A stretch of 64,000 bases of DNA. Source: a virus. Made by a program: the position numbers and the translations under genes. Position 1 is the first letter of the stretch. Each line of letters begins with the position of its first letter. Positions 10,628 through 19,747 of this stretch are shown in pieces. The stretch spans positions 32,001-96,000 of the IMG/VR virus record IMGVR_UViG_3300037882_002578. The stretch is one strand, 5' to 3'. A model generated the notes under the pieces. It did not search any database. It was given only the letters and a program-made list of their open reading frames with translations, and was not told the origin of the DNA.

Positions 10628-11249
10628 TTACAAAATAATCCCTTATCTAGTTATTATAGGATTACTAGTTTATATATTTATATTACCTGAAACAAAACAA
10701 AATAAAACTCTCACTCAAAAAGTAATCATCCCAGAAAAAAAAGGAGAAATTAAAAACCCTGTAGTTATAATAAAACATAAAGGAATAAAAGACAGTATTA
10801 TTTGGAGAGATAAAATAATAAGAACTGAGAACCCTGTCAATAAAAAATTAGCAAAAGACTTCATACTGTCTCAAAAAGAGAATGATTCTTTAAAAAGCTT
10901 AAAACTATACTTAGACGCTATCGAAGAAGTAGATGGAACTTACGTATTTAATGATAAATATTTAAATATCGAACTAACTACAAAAACTAGAGGAGAAATA
11001 CTTAAAATATCCTCTAAATATACAATAAAAGAACGAGAAGAAATTGTACAAGTAAAACAAAAAGAAACTGTTTTTGCAATATATGCAGGAGCAGGATTAA
11101 ATACGACAACTACTCTAGAAAAATTAACTCCAGAAGTTAATCTAGGATTTCAAAATAAAAAGGGAGACATCATAACCTTTAAATATGGTATAACAGATAA
11201 ATCAGTAGGAGTAGGATACTCTTTAAGAATATTAAACTATAAAAAATAA
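10614..11249 (+). CDS. Putative spanin-like protein
   Basis: N-terminal TM, soluble middle, C-terminal amphipathic beta strands (VFAIYAGAGL...VGVGYSLRIL); last gene of lysis cassette. Confidence 0.45.
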   Translation: MIKNNYKIIPYLVIIGLLVYIFILPETKQNKTLTQKVIIPEKKGEIKNPVVIIKHKGIKDSIIWRDKIIRTENPVNKKLAKDFILSQKENDSLKSLKLYLDAIEEVDGTYVFNDKYLNIELTTKTRGEILKISSKYTIKEREEIVQVKQKETVFAIYAGAGLNTTTTLEKLTPEVNLGFQNKKGDIITFKYGITDKSVGVGYSLRILNYKK

Positions 11250-11254
11250 AATAA

Positions 11255-12298
11255 ATGAGTTGTAAATTAAATTGGTATAACTTACCTAAAGAAATAAATA
11301 AAATTATAAAACCTTATACAAACATAAAAGTATATTGGTACAACTTGCCAATGTCTCTTGATAAAGTTTATAAAGAGATACTTTTTTTAAAACCTTCTTG
11401 TAACTCAACTAAAAAGTTTCAATGGTTTTCTTTAAACAAAAAAGCAGAAATAATTTGCGAATTAGTAGATTGTTTAAGTACAAATGAAATAAATTTTGAT
11501 GTAACTTCATTCGATTGGGGAAGTATTGTAGACGCTAATAGTCTTAAGATAGCTTTAGAGATGCAGTCAGGAGAAACTACAAATACAATATCTAATTTTA
11601 GTTTAATTGGAGGTAGACTAAGATGTAACGTAACCAATATAATAGAAATGTACTTGAATTCTTTTAATATTATAAATGTAAAAGAAATAAGTATTGCAGG
11701 ATTAACTCGTTTAGGCTTACAAAGTAACCAAATAGTCACATTTAACCCGACAGTTCCTTTACCTTCAAGCTTAACACATTTAGATTTATCTATTAACCAA
11801 ATAATTACATTTAATCCAAATATACCTTTACCTTCAAGTTTAATAAGTTTAGGATTAAACAGTAACCAAATAGTCGCGTTTAATCCAACAATTCCTCTAC
11901 CTTCAAGTTTACAATTTTTAAGGTTAGGTAACAACCAAATAACTAATTTTAACCCAACAATTCCTTTACCTTCAAATTTACAGACTTTACAACTAGGCGA
12001 AAATCAAATAATTACATTTAATCCAACAATTCCTTTACCTTCAAATTTACAGACTTTAGAACTAGACATTAACCAAATAGTCGCGTTTAATCCAACAATT
12101 CCTCTACCTTCAAGTTTACAAGAATTAAATTTACAAAGCAATCAAATGACAACACAAGGTTATGTAAATAGTGAGCCTTGGGCAAACTCCATGAGTATAG
12201 GTACAGGTATTATTAGATTTAACAATAACACTAACTCTGCTTCAGGTACAAATTTAGTATCTATATTGCAATCTAAAGGATACACAGTAATCGTATAG
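11255..12298 (+). CDS. Leucine-rich repeat protein
   Basis: Six full 23-aa LxxLxLxxNQIxxFNPTIPLPSx repeats plus flanking partial repeats. Confidence 0.85.
   Translation: MSCKLNWYNLPKEINKIIKPYTNIKVYWYNLPMSLDKVYKEILFLKPSCNSTKKFQWFSLNKKAEIICELVDCLSTNEINFDVTSFDWGSIVDANSLKIALEMQSGETTNTISNFSLIGGRLRCNVTNIIEMYLNSFNIINVKEISIAGLTRLGLQSNQIVTFNPTVPLPSSLTHLDLSINQIITFNPNIPLPSSLISLGLNSNQIVAFNPTIPLPSSLQFLRLGNNQITNFNPTIPLPSNLQTLQLGENQIITFNPTIPLPSNLQTLELDINQIVAFNPTIPLPSSLQELNLQSNQMTTQGYVNSEPWANSMSIGTGIIRFNNNTNSASGTNLVSILQSKGYTVIV
11702..12147 (+). repeat. 69-bp tandem coding repeat, six full units plus one partial
   Basis: Units start at 11702, 11771, 11840, 11909, 11978, 12047, 12116; 11864-11914 is identical to 12071-12121. 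Confidence 0.9.
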
Positions 12299-12307
12299 CT
12301 TTATAAA

Positions 12308-12850
12308 ATGGAAATAAAAAAAATAAACATAGATTTTGAAGTTATACCAACAAACAATCCAAAGAGACTTTGGATAACAGATTGTAGCGATTGGAGTGTA
12401 GCAGAAAATAAAGCTTCAATAATATCTATAACACCTCCTGGAAGTAATACACCTATAAACAATACTTTTGTAAAACATAATTTAAATGTTTTCCATAGCG
12501 TAAATTTATTATTAAGTTGTTTGTCTGAATGTAAAGAACAAGAATATGAAGACTTGCCTGATGGAGTATACACTATAAAACTCCATTCAGCGTACACAGA
12601 TATAGATAAAACAAGATACTTCTTAAAGACAGACCTAACACAATTAAGTTTAGACCAAGTTTATATTAAGTCTGGACTAGAGTATGATAAAAATAATAAA
12701 AGTTTTAGAGAAGATTTACAAGACATAGAATTTTTAATAAGAACTGCTTCGGCACATGCAAGAAACTCTGATACTTTTAAATCTAACAGGGATTTTAGTT
12801 TAGCTCAAGAATTATTAGCTAAGTATATTTCATGTAAGGACTGCATATAA
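12308..12850 (+). CDS. Putative tail hub/collar protein A
   Basis: 180 aa with DLPDGVYTIK beta motif and helical C-terminus ending SCKDCI; synteny. Confidence 0.45.
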   Translation: MEIKKINIDFEVIPTNNPKRLWITDCSDWSVAENKASIISITPPGSNTPINNTFVKHNLNVFHSVNLLLSCLSECKEQEYEDLPDGVYTIKLHSAYTDIDKTRYFLKTDLTQLSLDQVYIKSGLEYDKNNKSFREDLQDIEFLIRTASAHARNSDTFKSNRDFSLAQELLAKYISCKDCI

Positions 12851-12864
12851 AAACTAACAATATA

Positions 12865-13221
12865 ATGTCAACACAATCAATTTTAGAATTAAATAAAGAT
12901 TCTTATTTTAATAAAGTCGAGGACAAATTACTTTGCTTATCTGACAGTTATTTTTACAAAAGAAAATTTTTACTAGGAGAAGGAGTAAACAGAGATGAGC
13001 TTAGTTTTAATATGACATTTCATAGGATATTAAATTCAAAAGAGTGTACTATAAATAATTATATAAAAAATAAAATTGAGGGTAAACTACAAGAACGTAA
13101 AGTTAAAAAAAGAAAAAGTTTTCAAAAAAACCTACATAAATACAGTGAACTTATGGATTGCACAGAACAAGAGGCTTTAAATATAGTCTGCAAAGACGTA
13201 TGGACTAACATAGAGTGGTAA
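12865..13221 (+). CDS. Putative tail hub protein B / hypothetical
   Basis: 118-aa ORF paired with the previous gene; synteny only. Confidence 0.4.
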   Translation: MSTQSILELNKDSYFNKVEDKLLCLSDSYFYKRKFLLGEGVNRDELSFNMTFHRILNSKECTINNYIKNKIEGKLQERKVKKRKSFQKNLHKYSELMDCTEQEALNIVCKDVWTNIEW

Positions 13222-13228
13222 AGTTATA

Positions 13229-13930
13229 ATGAAAATCAATAAAATAAACCATTATAAAGTTTTAAACTTACAAGGTACTTTAGAACCTAATTCGGTATAC
13301 TACGTCTTAGACTCTATAAAAGACAAAGTAAAGACATACATAACCGACTTATCTGGAATACCAATACCGTTAATAGATTTAACAACAGAAAGTATATTAA
13401 AATCTGTAACAGGAACTGCGGAAAATCCAGAAATAAATATTGAAAACTTTGTAAGTACTGAAACAAGCAATTTATTAAAGGTGTCTTTACAAGACGGTAA
13501 GTTAAAAATAGATAATGTTCTGCAACTTAAAGATGTAAACATAATAGAAAAAGTATCTGCTGAAAACATACCAAGCTACACTCCTGTAGTAATAATTAAT
13601 AATCAAGCCTATAAGTTTGATGCCTCAAACATTAATCATCAGTTTGCTTTTTCAGGTTTTTCAAAAAATGGTACTTCCGCAGGTCAAATGTGTTCAATAC
13701 AATACCAAGGAGAGCTTACACTTGTAGGGTGGGGTTTAATACCAAGTACACAATATTTAGCAGATGTATCGGGTATGATAACAATTGATAATACCAATTC
13801 AAACAACTTTACAAAAGTTTTAGGATACGCAATAAGCGAAGATACATTACAAATAATAAAAGATTATACAACAATAAATAAAAATTATGGCACAGTATCC
13901 AGACGGAGTAAAATTCTTAATTACTTCTAG
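13229..13930 (+). CDS. Fibre/decoration-associated structural protein
   Basis: LEPNSVYYV N-terminal motif and small beta-rich C-terminal domain; fibre cluster. Confidence 0.45.
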   Translation: MKINKINHYKVLNLQGTLEPNSVYYVLDSIKDKVKTYITDLSGIPIPLIDLTTESILKSVTGTAENPEINIENFVSTETSNLLKVSLQDGKLKIDNVLQLKDVNIIEKVSAENIPSYTPVVIINNQAYKFDASNINHQFAFSGFSKNGTSAGQMCSIQYQGELTLVGWGLIPSTQYLADVSGMITIDNTNSNNFTKVLGYAISEDTLQIIKDYTTINKNYGTVSRRSKILNYF

Positions 13931-14150
13931 AAATGAAAATCAAAACAAAGGACAAGTAGAAGCAGAATTTATTGTTGATTCAGTAAATGAGTATTATGAA
14001 GGAAATGTACAAGAAGACGCAAATAATTTATATCAAGAGTTAATTGCTACTTATAATCAAAATGCTACAAAAGAATTCTATTTAGAAAAATGTATTACAT
14101 ATCAATATGAAATAAGACCTGTGCCTTCGGCTAGAAGAATTACTAAGTAA
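13887..14150 (+). CDS. Hypothetical protein
   Basis: 87-aa ORF with A-rich leader, overlapping the previous gene by 44 nt. Confidence 0.5.
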   Translation: MAQYPDGVKFLITSRNENQNKGQVEAEFIVDSVNEYYEGNVQEDANNLYQELIATYNQNATKEFYLEKCITYQYEIRPVPSARRITK

Positions 14151-14166
14151 CTTAATACATTATAAA

Positions 14167-14490
14167 ATGAAAGATTGTAATAAAGTAAAACACACTTGTG
14201 GAAGTATAAAAGGATTCGCAACATGTATAAAGTATGAAAAAGAAGTTCCCCAGTTTTCGGAGTTATTCGGAAATGATTGTAAAGATTTAGAGCAAGTAGT
14301 AGAAGATTTATATAATATTGTTAACAAAATAAAACAAGACACAGATGTAACTGGACTGTTAAATAGTTGTATAACATTTACAACTCCAAAAATAAACAAC
14401 TCAGTTATAGAGCAAATGTATATAAAAATATGTGAAATGCAAGCACAAATAACAGCACAAGGATTATTAATAGCATCTTTACAAGAATAA
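14167..14490 (+). CDS. Cys-containing small virion protein with coiled-coil end
   Basis: KHTCG...ATCIKY...NDC...SCIT...KICE pattern; fibre cluster. Confidence 0.5.
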   Translation: MKDCNKVKHTCGSIKGFATCIKYEKEVPQFSELFGNDCKDLEQVVEDLYNIVNKIKQDTDVTGLLNSCITFTTPKINNSVIEQMYIKICEMQAQITAQGLLIASLQE

Positions 14491-14508
14491 ACTTAAATTA
14501 ATCAAATT

Positions 14509-15366
14509 ATGCAAAAATATAAAGTTTACAAAAAAGGAAATTACATCTACTTTGAGTATACAGATTCAGCAGGGAAAGTAATTAAAAAAAGATATTCTGC
14601 TCTTGAATTAACTTATTCAAAAGAGGAGTTATTTTTTAATGTTTATCACAAAACAAAAGGAAGCTTATTAAATTTAGAATTTGCTTCAAGTTCTGACGAA
14701 GCGGGGGCAACATATACTGAAGCTCAATTAGAAAATTTCTTAAACGAAAATACGGGTTTTAATACAGCACCAGGAGGTAGTGGTGCAGGAGTTACAAGTG
14801 TTTCTGGAAAGACAGGAGTAGTAACTCTTACGAAAAATGACGTAGGTTTAGCCAATGTAGATAATACTAGCGATGCAAACAAACCAGTTTCACTAGCAAC
14901 ACAAACGGCATTAGATTCAAAAGTACCTTCTGCTTTGTTAGGGGTCATAAGCGGAATAGCTACACTTGGAGCAGATTCAAAACTATTAACGTCACAAATC
15001 CCTGACTCAATTATAGCTGGTTTAAAATGGCAAGGGACTTGGAATGTCGCAACAAATACACCTGATGTTCCGTCAGCTTTAGCTTTAAACAATGGATTTT
15101 TTTACAAAGTAAACGTAGTTGGTACAAGTTCAATAACAGGTTCAAGTATAACTTATAGTCTTGGAGATTGGCTTATAAGTAATGGTACAGTATGGCAACA
15201 TGTACCTAATGTAAATACTGTAAATAGTTTCAAAGGGAGAGTAGGAGATGTAATACCATCTACGGGAGATTATAATCAAAAACAAATCAAAACTATTCAC
15301 GACAATACTTTAGTTGAGGGTTGGTTTGGAGTTGATAATACAGGAATATATTTTGAAACAGTATAA
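14509..15366 (+). CDS. Tail fibre protein
   Basis: VTSVSGKTGVVTLTKNDVGLANVDNTSDANKPVSLATQTAL and VNSFKGRVGDV are typical fibre shaft motifs. Confidence 0.75.
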   Translation: MQKYKVYKKGNYIYFEYTDSAGKVIKKRYSALELTYSKEELFFNVYHKTKGSLLNLEFASSSDEAGATYTEAQLENFLNENTGFNTAPGGSGAGVTSVSGKTGVVTLTKNDVGLANVDNTSDANKPVSLATQTALDSKVPSALLGVISGIATLGADSKLLTSQIPDSIIAGLKWQGTWNVATNTPDVPSALALNNGFFYKVNVVGTSSITGSSITYSLGDWLISNGTVWQHVPNVNTVNSFKGRVGDVIPSTGDYNQKQIKTIHDNTLVEGWFGVDNTGIYFETV

Positions 15367-15384
15367 TAAAAATAAACTTTAATT

Positions 15385-16566
15385 ATGTCAAAAACATATT
15401 TAGCAACAAAACAAGAACTTACGACAGTAAATAATTCAGTTGTTATCTTATATGGGTTAGTTGAACAGAAATATACGGCGGCAGAAAAAACTAAATTAGA
15501 AAACCTTACAGATAATTTTAAAGGGTTGTTTGTAGATTCAGTAGCTCGTGGTTTAGCAGTGGCAGTACCTCAGTCTGGAAACTATGTGCTACAACAAGAT
15601 ACAAATACTGTATGGTACTATAATGGCACAACTTGGGTAGATACTGGAGTAGCTTCTTCAGGAGATATGCTTAAAGCAGTCTATGACCCAACAAATAAGC
15701 AGGTTGACGCTTTTAGTATGGGTAACATGGTCGAAACTTCAGGTAAAAAGATACTTACAGCCGTTGAACGAACTAAGTTGGGACAGTATAGAGGGCATGT
15801 CGCAAATTCTACTGAGATGATTTTGCTAATTGCACCAACTGAGGGGCATTTCTGTACAAGAGCTGATACAGGTAGTATATGGATTTACAATAACTTTGCA
15901 TGGGCGAATACTTTAAGCGCATCTAGTACTTTTGGAGATACCAAGTTTAATTATCAAACAACTGACCACGGCGGTTGGTATGTATTAAATGGACGTTCAG
16001 TGTCGACACTATCAGCTACCGCACAAGCAGCATCTATTAGCTTAGGATGGGGTTCTTTTATTCCTGATACACAAGGAAAATTTCCTTTGGCAGCGAGTTC
16101 TTCAATAATTACAGGAACTAATGGAGGAAGTAATACTATTGCTAGAGCTAACTTACCTAACTTCACTTTATCAGGTAATACAGGAAATGAATCTGCATCA
16201 CATACACACACGACAGCAGCTTATACCATATCTGAAACTACAGACAGTGAGTACGCTACTAGTAGTTTAAGACCAAGTACTTTTGCATTTGCAAGTACAA
16301 GCACAGTATTCCGTGACAACGGAAGTACATTAGCTGGTACTGACCAATCTTATGCTGCGTTAAACGCACCAGACAGAGATATTGACGGTATAAATACATT
16401 GCATAGCCACACAATGACAATTAACGTTCCATCAAGAACCTCTGGCGCAAATAACTCTAACCATACTCACGCATATACAACATCAAGTATTAACGGTGGT
16501 GTAACTCAAACTACATTCATGCCATCTTTCTCAGCTAAGACAGAATTTGTATACTTAGGATTATAG
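15385..16566 (+). CDS. Tail fibre protein with tail-collar domain
   Basis: GDTKFNYQTTDHGGWYVLNGRSV...IPDTQGKFPL collar motif; His-rich HTHT knots; GDMLKAVYDP motif. Confidence 0.8.
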   Translation: MSKTYLATKQELTTVNNSVVILYGLVEQKYTAAEKTKLENLTDNFKGLFVDSVARGLAVAVPQSGNYVLQQDTNTVWYYNGTTWVDTGVASSGDMLKAVYDPTNKQVDAFSMGNMVETSGKKILTAVERTKLGQYRGHVANSTEMILLIAPTEGHFCTRADTGSIWIYNNFAWANTLSASSTFGDTKFNYQTTDHGGWYVLNGRSVSTLSATAQAASISLGWGSFIPDTQGKFPLAASSSIITGTNGGSNTIARANLPNFTLSGNTGNESASHTHTTAAYTISETTDSEYATSSLRPSTFAFASTSTVFRDNGSTLAGTDQSYAALNAPDRDIDGINTLHSHTMTINVPSRTSGANNSNHTHAYTTSSINGGVTQTTFMPSFSAKTEFVYLGL

Positions 16567-16596
16567 TAAAAACCAAAGCCTTAAACTATGGGGGGT

Positions 16597-16710
16597 TTAT
16601 CTATTGAGTGGCTTAAGAAGCTGCTGCTGGTATGCCTCAGATTGTTCATCTTCAATCTCCATCCGTGAAATAACATAAACAATTATCACACAACTAGATA
16701 AAATCATCAT
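16597..16710 (-). CDS. Possible antisense 37-aa membrane peptide in a GC-rich island
   Basis: MMILSSCVIIVYVISRMEIEDEQSEAYQQQLLKPLNR; purine-rich minus strand; atypical codons. Confidence 0.25.
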   Translation of the reverse strand: MMILSSCVIIVYVISRMEIEDEQSEAYQQQLLKPLNR

Positions 16711-16751
16711 TAACAAGAACAAGTAGTAATAAATTCACAATAAACAATATA

Positions 16752-17411
16752 ATGGAAGAGTGTAACACAGGAATAACAATAACAAAAACAGCAGAAGAGT
16801 GTGATGGTAACTACATAAGCACTAATTGCATATCCTCTCCAAACGCTATAACCTATTTAGACCTCTCAGCAGGAGCTAGTCAAACTCAAGTAAACGCAGC
16901 TATAACTTCTGCTTTAATGAGAAAAGACGAACAAATAAGTGAAATACCAATAGCAAATGGAAGTGAAACTAAAATAATTGCAGGAGAAGGTATAACTATC
17001 ACAGGAACAGGAACAAATACAAACAATTATATTATATCATCAACAGGAGGAAGTCCACAAAACTTACAAAAAACAGTATTACAAAAAACAGGCATATATA
17101 ATTTAGTTGCAGAGGACATAAATAAAAGTATAATTATTGACAACACTTTAACAGAAGAAGAGGCAGAGACTGAGGATATATTTACAGTTAGTATAGGATT
17201 ACCTTTAGGAGTACCTAACGGATTTAAAAGTAAAATATTAAAAACAGGAAGTAGAAATACAGAACTCGTATTTTTACCTTTAATAAGAACACGCATAACT
17301 GATATTAGAATTAATAAAGTGTCAAGTAATTATGAATGGATAAACATAGAAAAAGTAGATAACACAGATAATTTTATTATCAACGGAGAATTAGATTTTT
17401 TACCAGTATAA
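16752..17411 (+). CDS. Fibre-associated structural protein
   Basis: Cys N-terminus, GSETKIIAGEGITITGTG shaft motif shared with the next gene. Confidence 0.6.
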   Translation: MEECNTGITITKTAEECDGNYISTNCISSPNAITYLDLSAGASQTQVNAAITSALMRKDEQISEIPIANGSETKIIAGEGITITGTGTNTNNYIISSTGGSPQNLQKTVLQKTGIYNLVAEDINKSIIIDNTLTEEEAETEDIFTVSIGLPLGVPNGFKSKILKTGSRNTELVFLPLIRTRITDIRINKVSSNYEWINIEKVDNTDNFIINGELDFLPV

Positions 17412-17421
17412 CTTTATAAAA

Positions 17422-18582
17422 ATGAAAAAAAATAATTGTGAATGTGGAGGAGAGTTACAAGTTGACTGTACTTGTAAAACTAGACTTAGCACAGATTGTA
17501 TAACTTTAAAAGAAGATTTAGTTTGTAGTAATATATTAAAGGGTCAAACAGAAACAGAGGCGTTAAAACTTTTAGATGCTTATATTTGTGAAAGATTTGA
17601 GTCTCTAGAAAATTTTTTTGATTTAATAAACGTAGGTTCAGGTTCTCAAATTTATAAAGGGATTTCAAATATCGGCAAAAAACAATTAAGAACTCTTTTG
17701 AACAGTAACTTAATAAGTTTAATTCAAGGAGAAAACGATATAACCATATCTGTAAATGAAGTAAATTTAATACCATTTATAAAAGCTAATCAAAAAACTT
17801 ATTCCGCCTTAAATTCAGGGACAGGTTCTAATATTTATAAAGACTTAACGGTAGTAGGGGACAACACTCAACTAAATTTTAGAAAACTAAAATCTTCGAA
17901 TGCTTCTGTAAATATATTACAAGGTACAGATGATATAGACATTACAGTTCCAGCAGGAGTAATACCAGATGGGTCAGAAACTAAAATAAACGCTGGAACA
18001 AATGTAACAAAAACAGGGGTAGGTACAACGCCTGACCCTTATGTAATCTCTGCAATAAATACAACTTATTCATCAGGAACAGGTTTATCCTTAGTAGGAA
18101 CTACATTTAATAACATTTCTCCAGACCAAGTAGTTACTTTAACTCAAGGAGGTGCAGTTACTATAAATGGAACTTATCCCAACTTTACAATATCTTCTAC
18201 AGATACAAACACTACTTATTCTGCAGGTCAAGGTTTATCTTTAACAGGAACAATTTTCGCCATAGAAAATTTACAAAAAGTAATTACATACCCAACAGAT
18301 TTTACAGGTACAAACTATACCCTAACTAATGCAGATAATAATTTTGAAATTATAGTTGCAAATGGAGCAACAAATGTAACCATAACAGTACCTAGTGGAT
18401 TGGCATCCAAGATAGGAGTAGGGTTTACTCAAAAAGGTACAGGAGATGTCTCTTATGTAGCTTTAGGAACAACTATAAACAATCCTGTAGGTCTAAAAAT
18501 AAAAGGTCAATTTTACCAAACTTTTTTAAGTCAAGAGTTGAGTACAAATAATTACTTTTTAGGAGGAAACACAAAATCTTAA
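17422..18582 (+). CDS. Tail fibre protein
   Basis: CECGG...CTC N-terminus; duplicated NTTYS(S/A)GxGLSLxGTxF units; GSETKINAG motif. Confidence 0.7.
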   Translation: MKKNNCECGGELQVDCTCKTRLSTDCITLKEDLVCSNILKGQTETEALKLLDAYICERFESLENFFDLINVGSGSQIYKGISNIGKKQLRTLLNSNLISLIQGENDITISVNEVNLIPFIKANQKTYSALNSGTGSNIYKDLTVVGDNTQLNFRKLKSSNASVNILQGTDDIDITVPAGVIPDGSETKINAGTNVTKTGVGTTPDPYVISAINTTYSSGTGLSLVGTTFNNISPDQVVTLTQGGAVTINGTYPNFTISSTDTNTTYSAGQGLSLTGTIFAIENLQKVITYPTDFTGTNYTLTNADNNFEIIVANGATNVTITVPSGLASKIGVGFTQKGTGDVSYVALGTTINNPVGLKIKGQFYQTFLSQELSTNNYFLGGNTKS

Positions 18583-18584
18583 TT

Positions 18585-18959
18585 ATGAATATCTTTCAAA
18601 AAAATATCTATAGAACACAAAATTTACTAAATAATTTAACAATTACTTTTTTAGGGTCAACGGTAGAGCAATGCGGAGCAGGAGATGACACTAAAATAGT
18701 AAGAAGTACTGTTAATTTATCAGGGACAGTTAGTGTAGACACTATTTTTTCAATAGAAGTTGTATACAGTGTAAATGGAAGTTGTGTTACAAGCTTAGGG
18801 TCTGTTTTTACCCAAGTTACCGTTCTAGCAGGACAATCTACAGGAGATAGTGTAGGATGTTTCGCAGGAGCACCATCTTTTCCTTCAGAAAATACAGCTG
18901 TTATTTGTTCCACAACTATACTATCACACAATAATATAGTAGATAATATAATTATATAA
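18585..18959 (+). CDS. Small beta-rich Cys-containing protein (fibre tip or accessory)
   Basis: 124 aa, Ig-like strand pattern, four Cys, last gene before terminator. Confidence 0.45.
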   Translation: MNIFQKNIYRTQNLLNNLTITFLGSTVEQCGAGDDTKIVRSTVNLSGTVSVDTIFSIEVVYSVNGSCVTSLGSVFTQVTVLAGQSTGDSVGCFAGAPSFPSENTAVICSTTILSHNNIVDNIII

Positions 18960-18995
18960 AACAAAAGTTTATTGGTTTTCTTTTGTTTTAAAAGG

Positions 18996-19023
18996 AAGAG
19001 GTGTAGAAATATACCTCTTTTTT
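18996..19023 (+). terminator. Rho-independent terminator
   Basis: AAGAGGTGTA-GAAA-TATACCTCTT followed by a T-run. Confidence 0.85.
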
Positions 19024-19038
19024 AATTAAACCATTTTG

Positions 19039-19077
19039 TAAGTAATTTTTAAAAATAAACATAATACACTATATTTG
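19039..19077 (+). promoter_or_regulatory. Bacteroidota-type promoter with extended -33 element
   Basis: TAAGTAATTTT (19039-19049), 20-nt spacer, TATATTTG (19070-19077); ATG only 4 nt later. Confidence 0.7.
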
Positions 19078-19081
19078 CAGA

Positions 19082-19747
19082 ATGAATAATCGAGAATTTG
19101 TATCAAGAGTATTAAATGGATTAAAGTCTTTAAGTAAAGACTCTATGATTTCACGCCGTTTTATTTTAAAAGTCGGGCAAGAAAAAGCAAAGTTTTTTAT
19201 ATCTCAAAAAGCTGGAGAGAGTTCAATCTACCGAGAAGATAACTTACTGTCAAGCCTAAACTGTTTTGAATTAAAAAAAATAGATATTATTAATTGCCCT
19301 ATAATAGAATTTAGAACTTGTAAACAATTAATGAGGTCTAAGAAAAAACTTCCTGAATTAATTTACAGTAAGTACGGGTCAAGTGTAAAAGAAGTAACTT
19401 CATTAGACGGAGAGTTTTTAATAAAACCAATTACTTTAGCACAATACAGATTAAACAAGCAAAGAAAAGATGCTTCAAATAACTTATACTTTTATATAAA
19501 AGACAATTATTTATATATACCAGATACAGAAGTAGAAGTAGTAAATGTTTCTCTAATAACTTTAGATTTATTTGATTTAGATGAATTGTCAGCATGTAAT
19601 GATGGTAATTGTAAATCAGCTTGGGATTATGAGTTTATATGTAGTGATAAATTAATGGAGGCTGTTATTTCAGAAACTATAAAAGAAGTTGCTATTTCAA
19701 AGCAAGTTCAAGAAGACCAAAATCCAAATTTAAATGAAGGTAGCTAG
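19082..19747 (+). CDS. Putative tail ring / tubular protein
   Basis: 221 aa; YFYIKDNYLYIP beta motif and ring-type helical termini; synteny. Confidence 0.55.
   Translation: MNNREFVSRVLNGLKSLSKDSMISRRFILKVGQEKAKFFISQKAGESSIYREDNLLSSLNCFELKKIDIINCPIIEFRTCKQLMRSKKKLPELIYSKYGSSVKEVTSLDGEFLIKPITLAQYRLNKQRKDASNNLYFYIKDNYLYIPDTEVEVVNVSLITLDLFDLDELSACNDGNCKSAWDYEFICSDKLMEAVISETIKEVAISKQVQEDQNPNLNEGS

Noticed and set aside
11702-12147. LRR repeats as a diversity-generating retroelement target/template pair
   Set aside because: Differences are not confined to adenines, all copies are in-frame coding units, and no reverse transcriptase is in the window.
16678-16710. ILSSC as a lipoprotein lipobox
   Set aside because: No basic N-region, and the hydrophobic stretch continues past the Cys.
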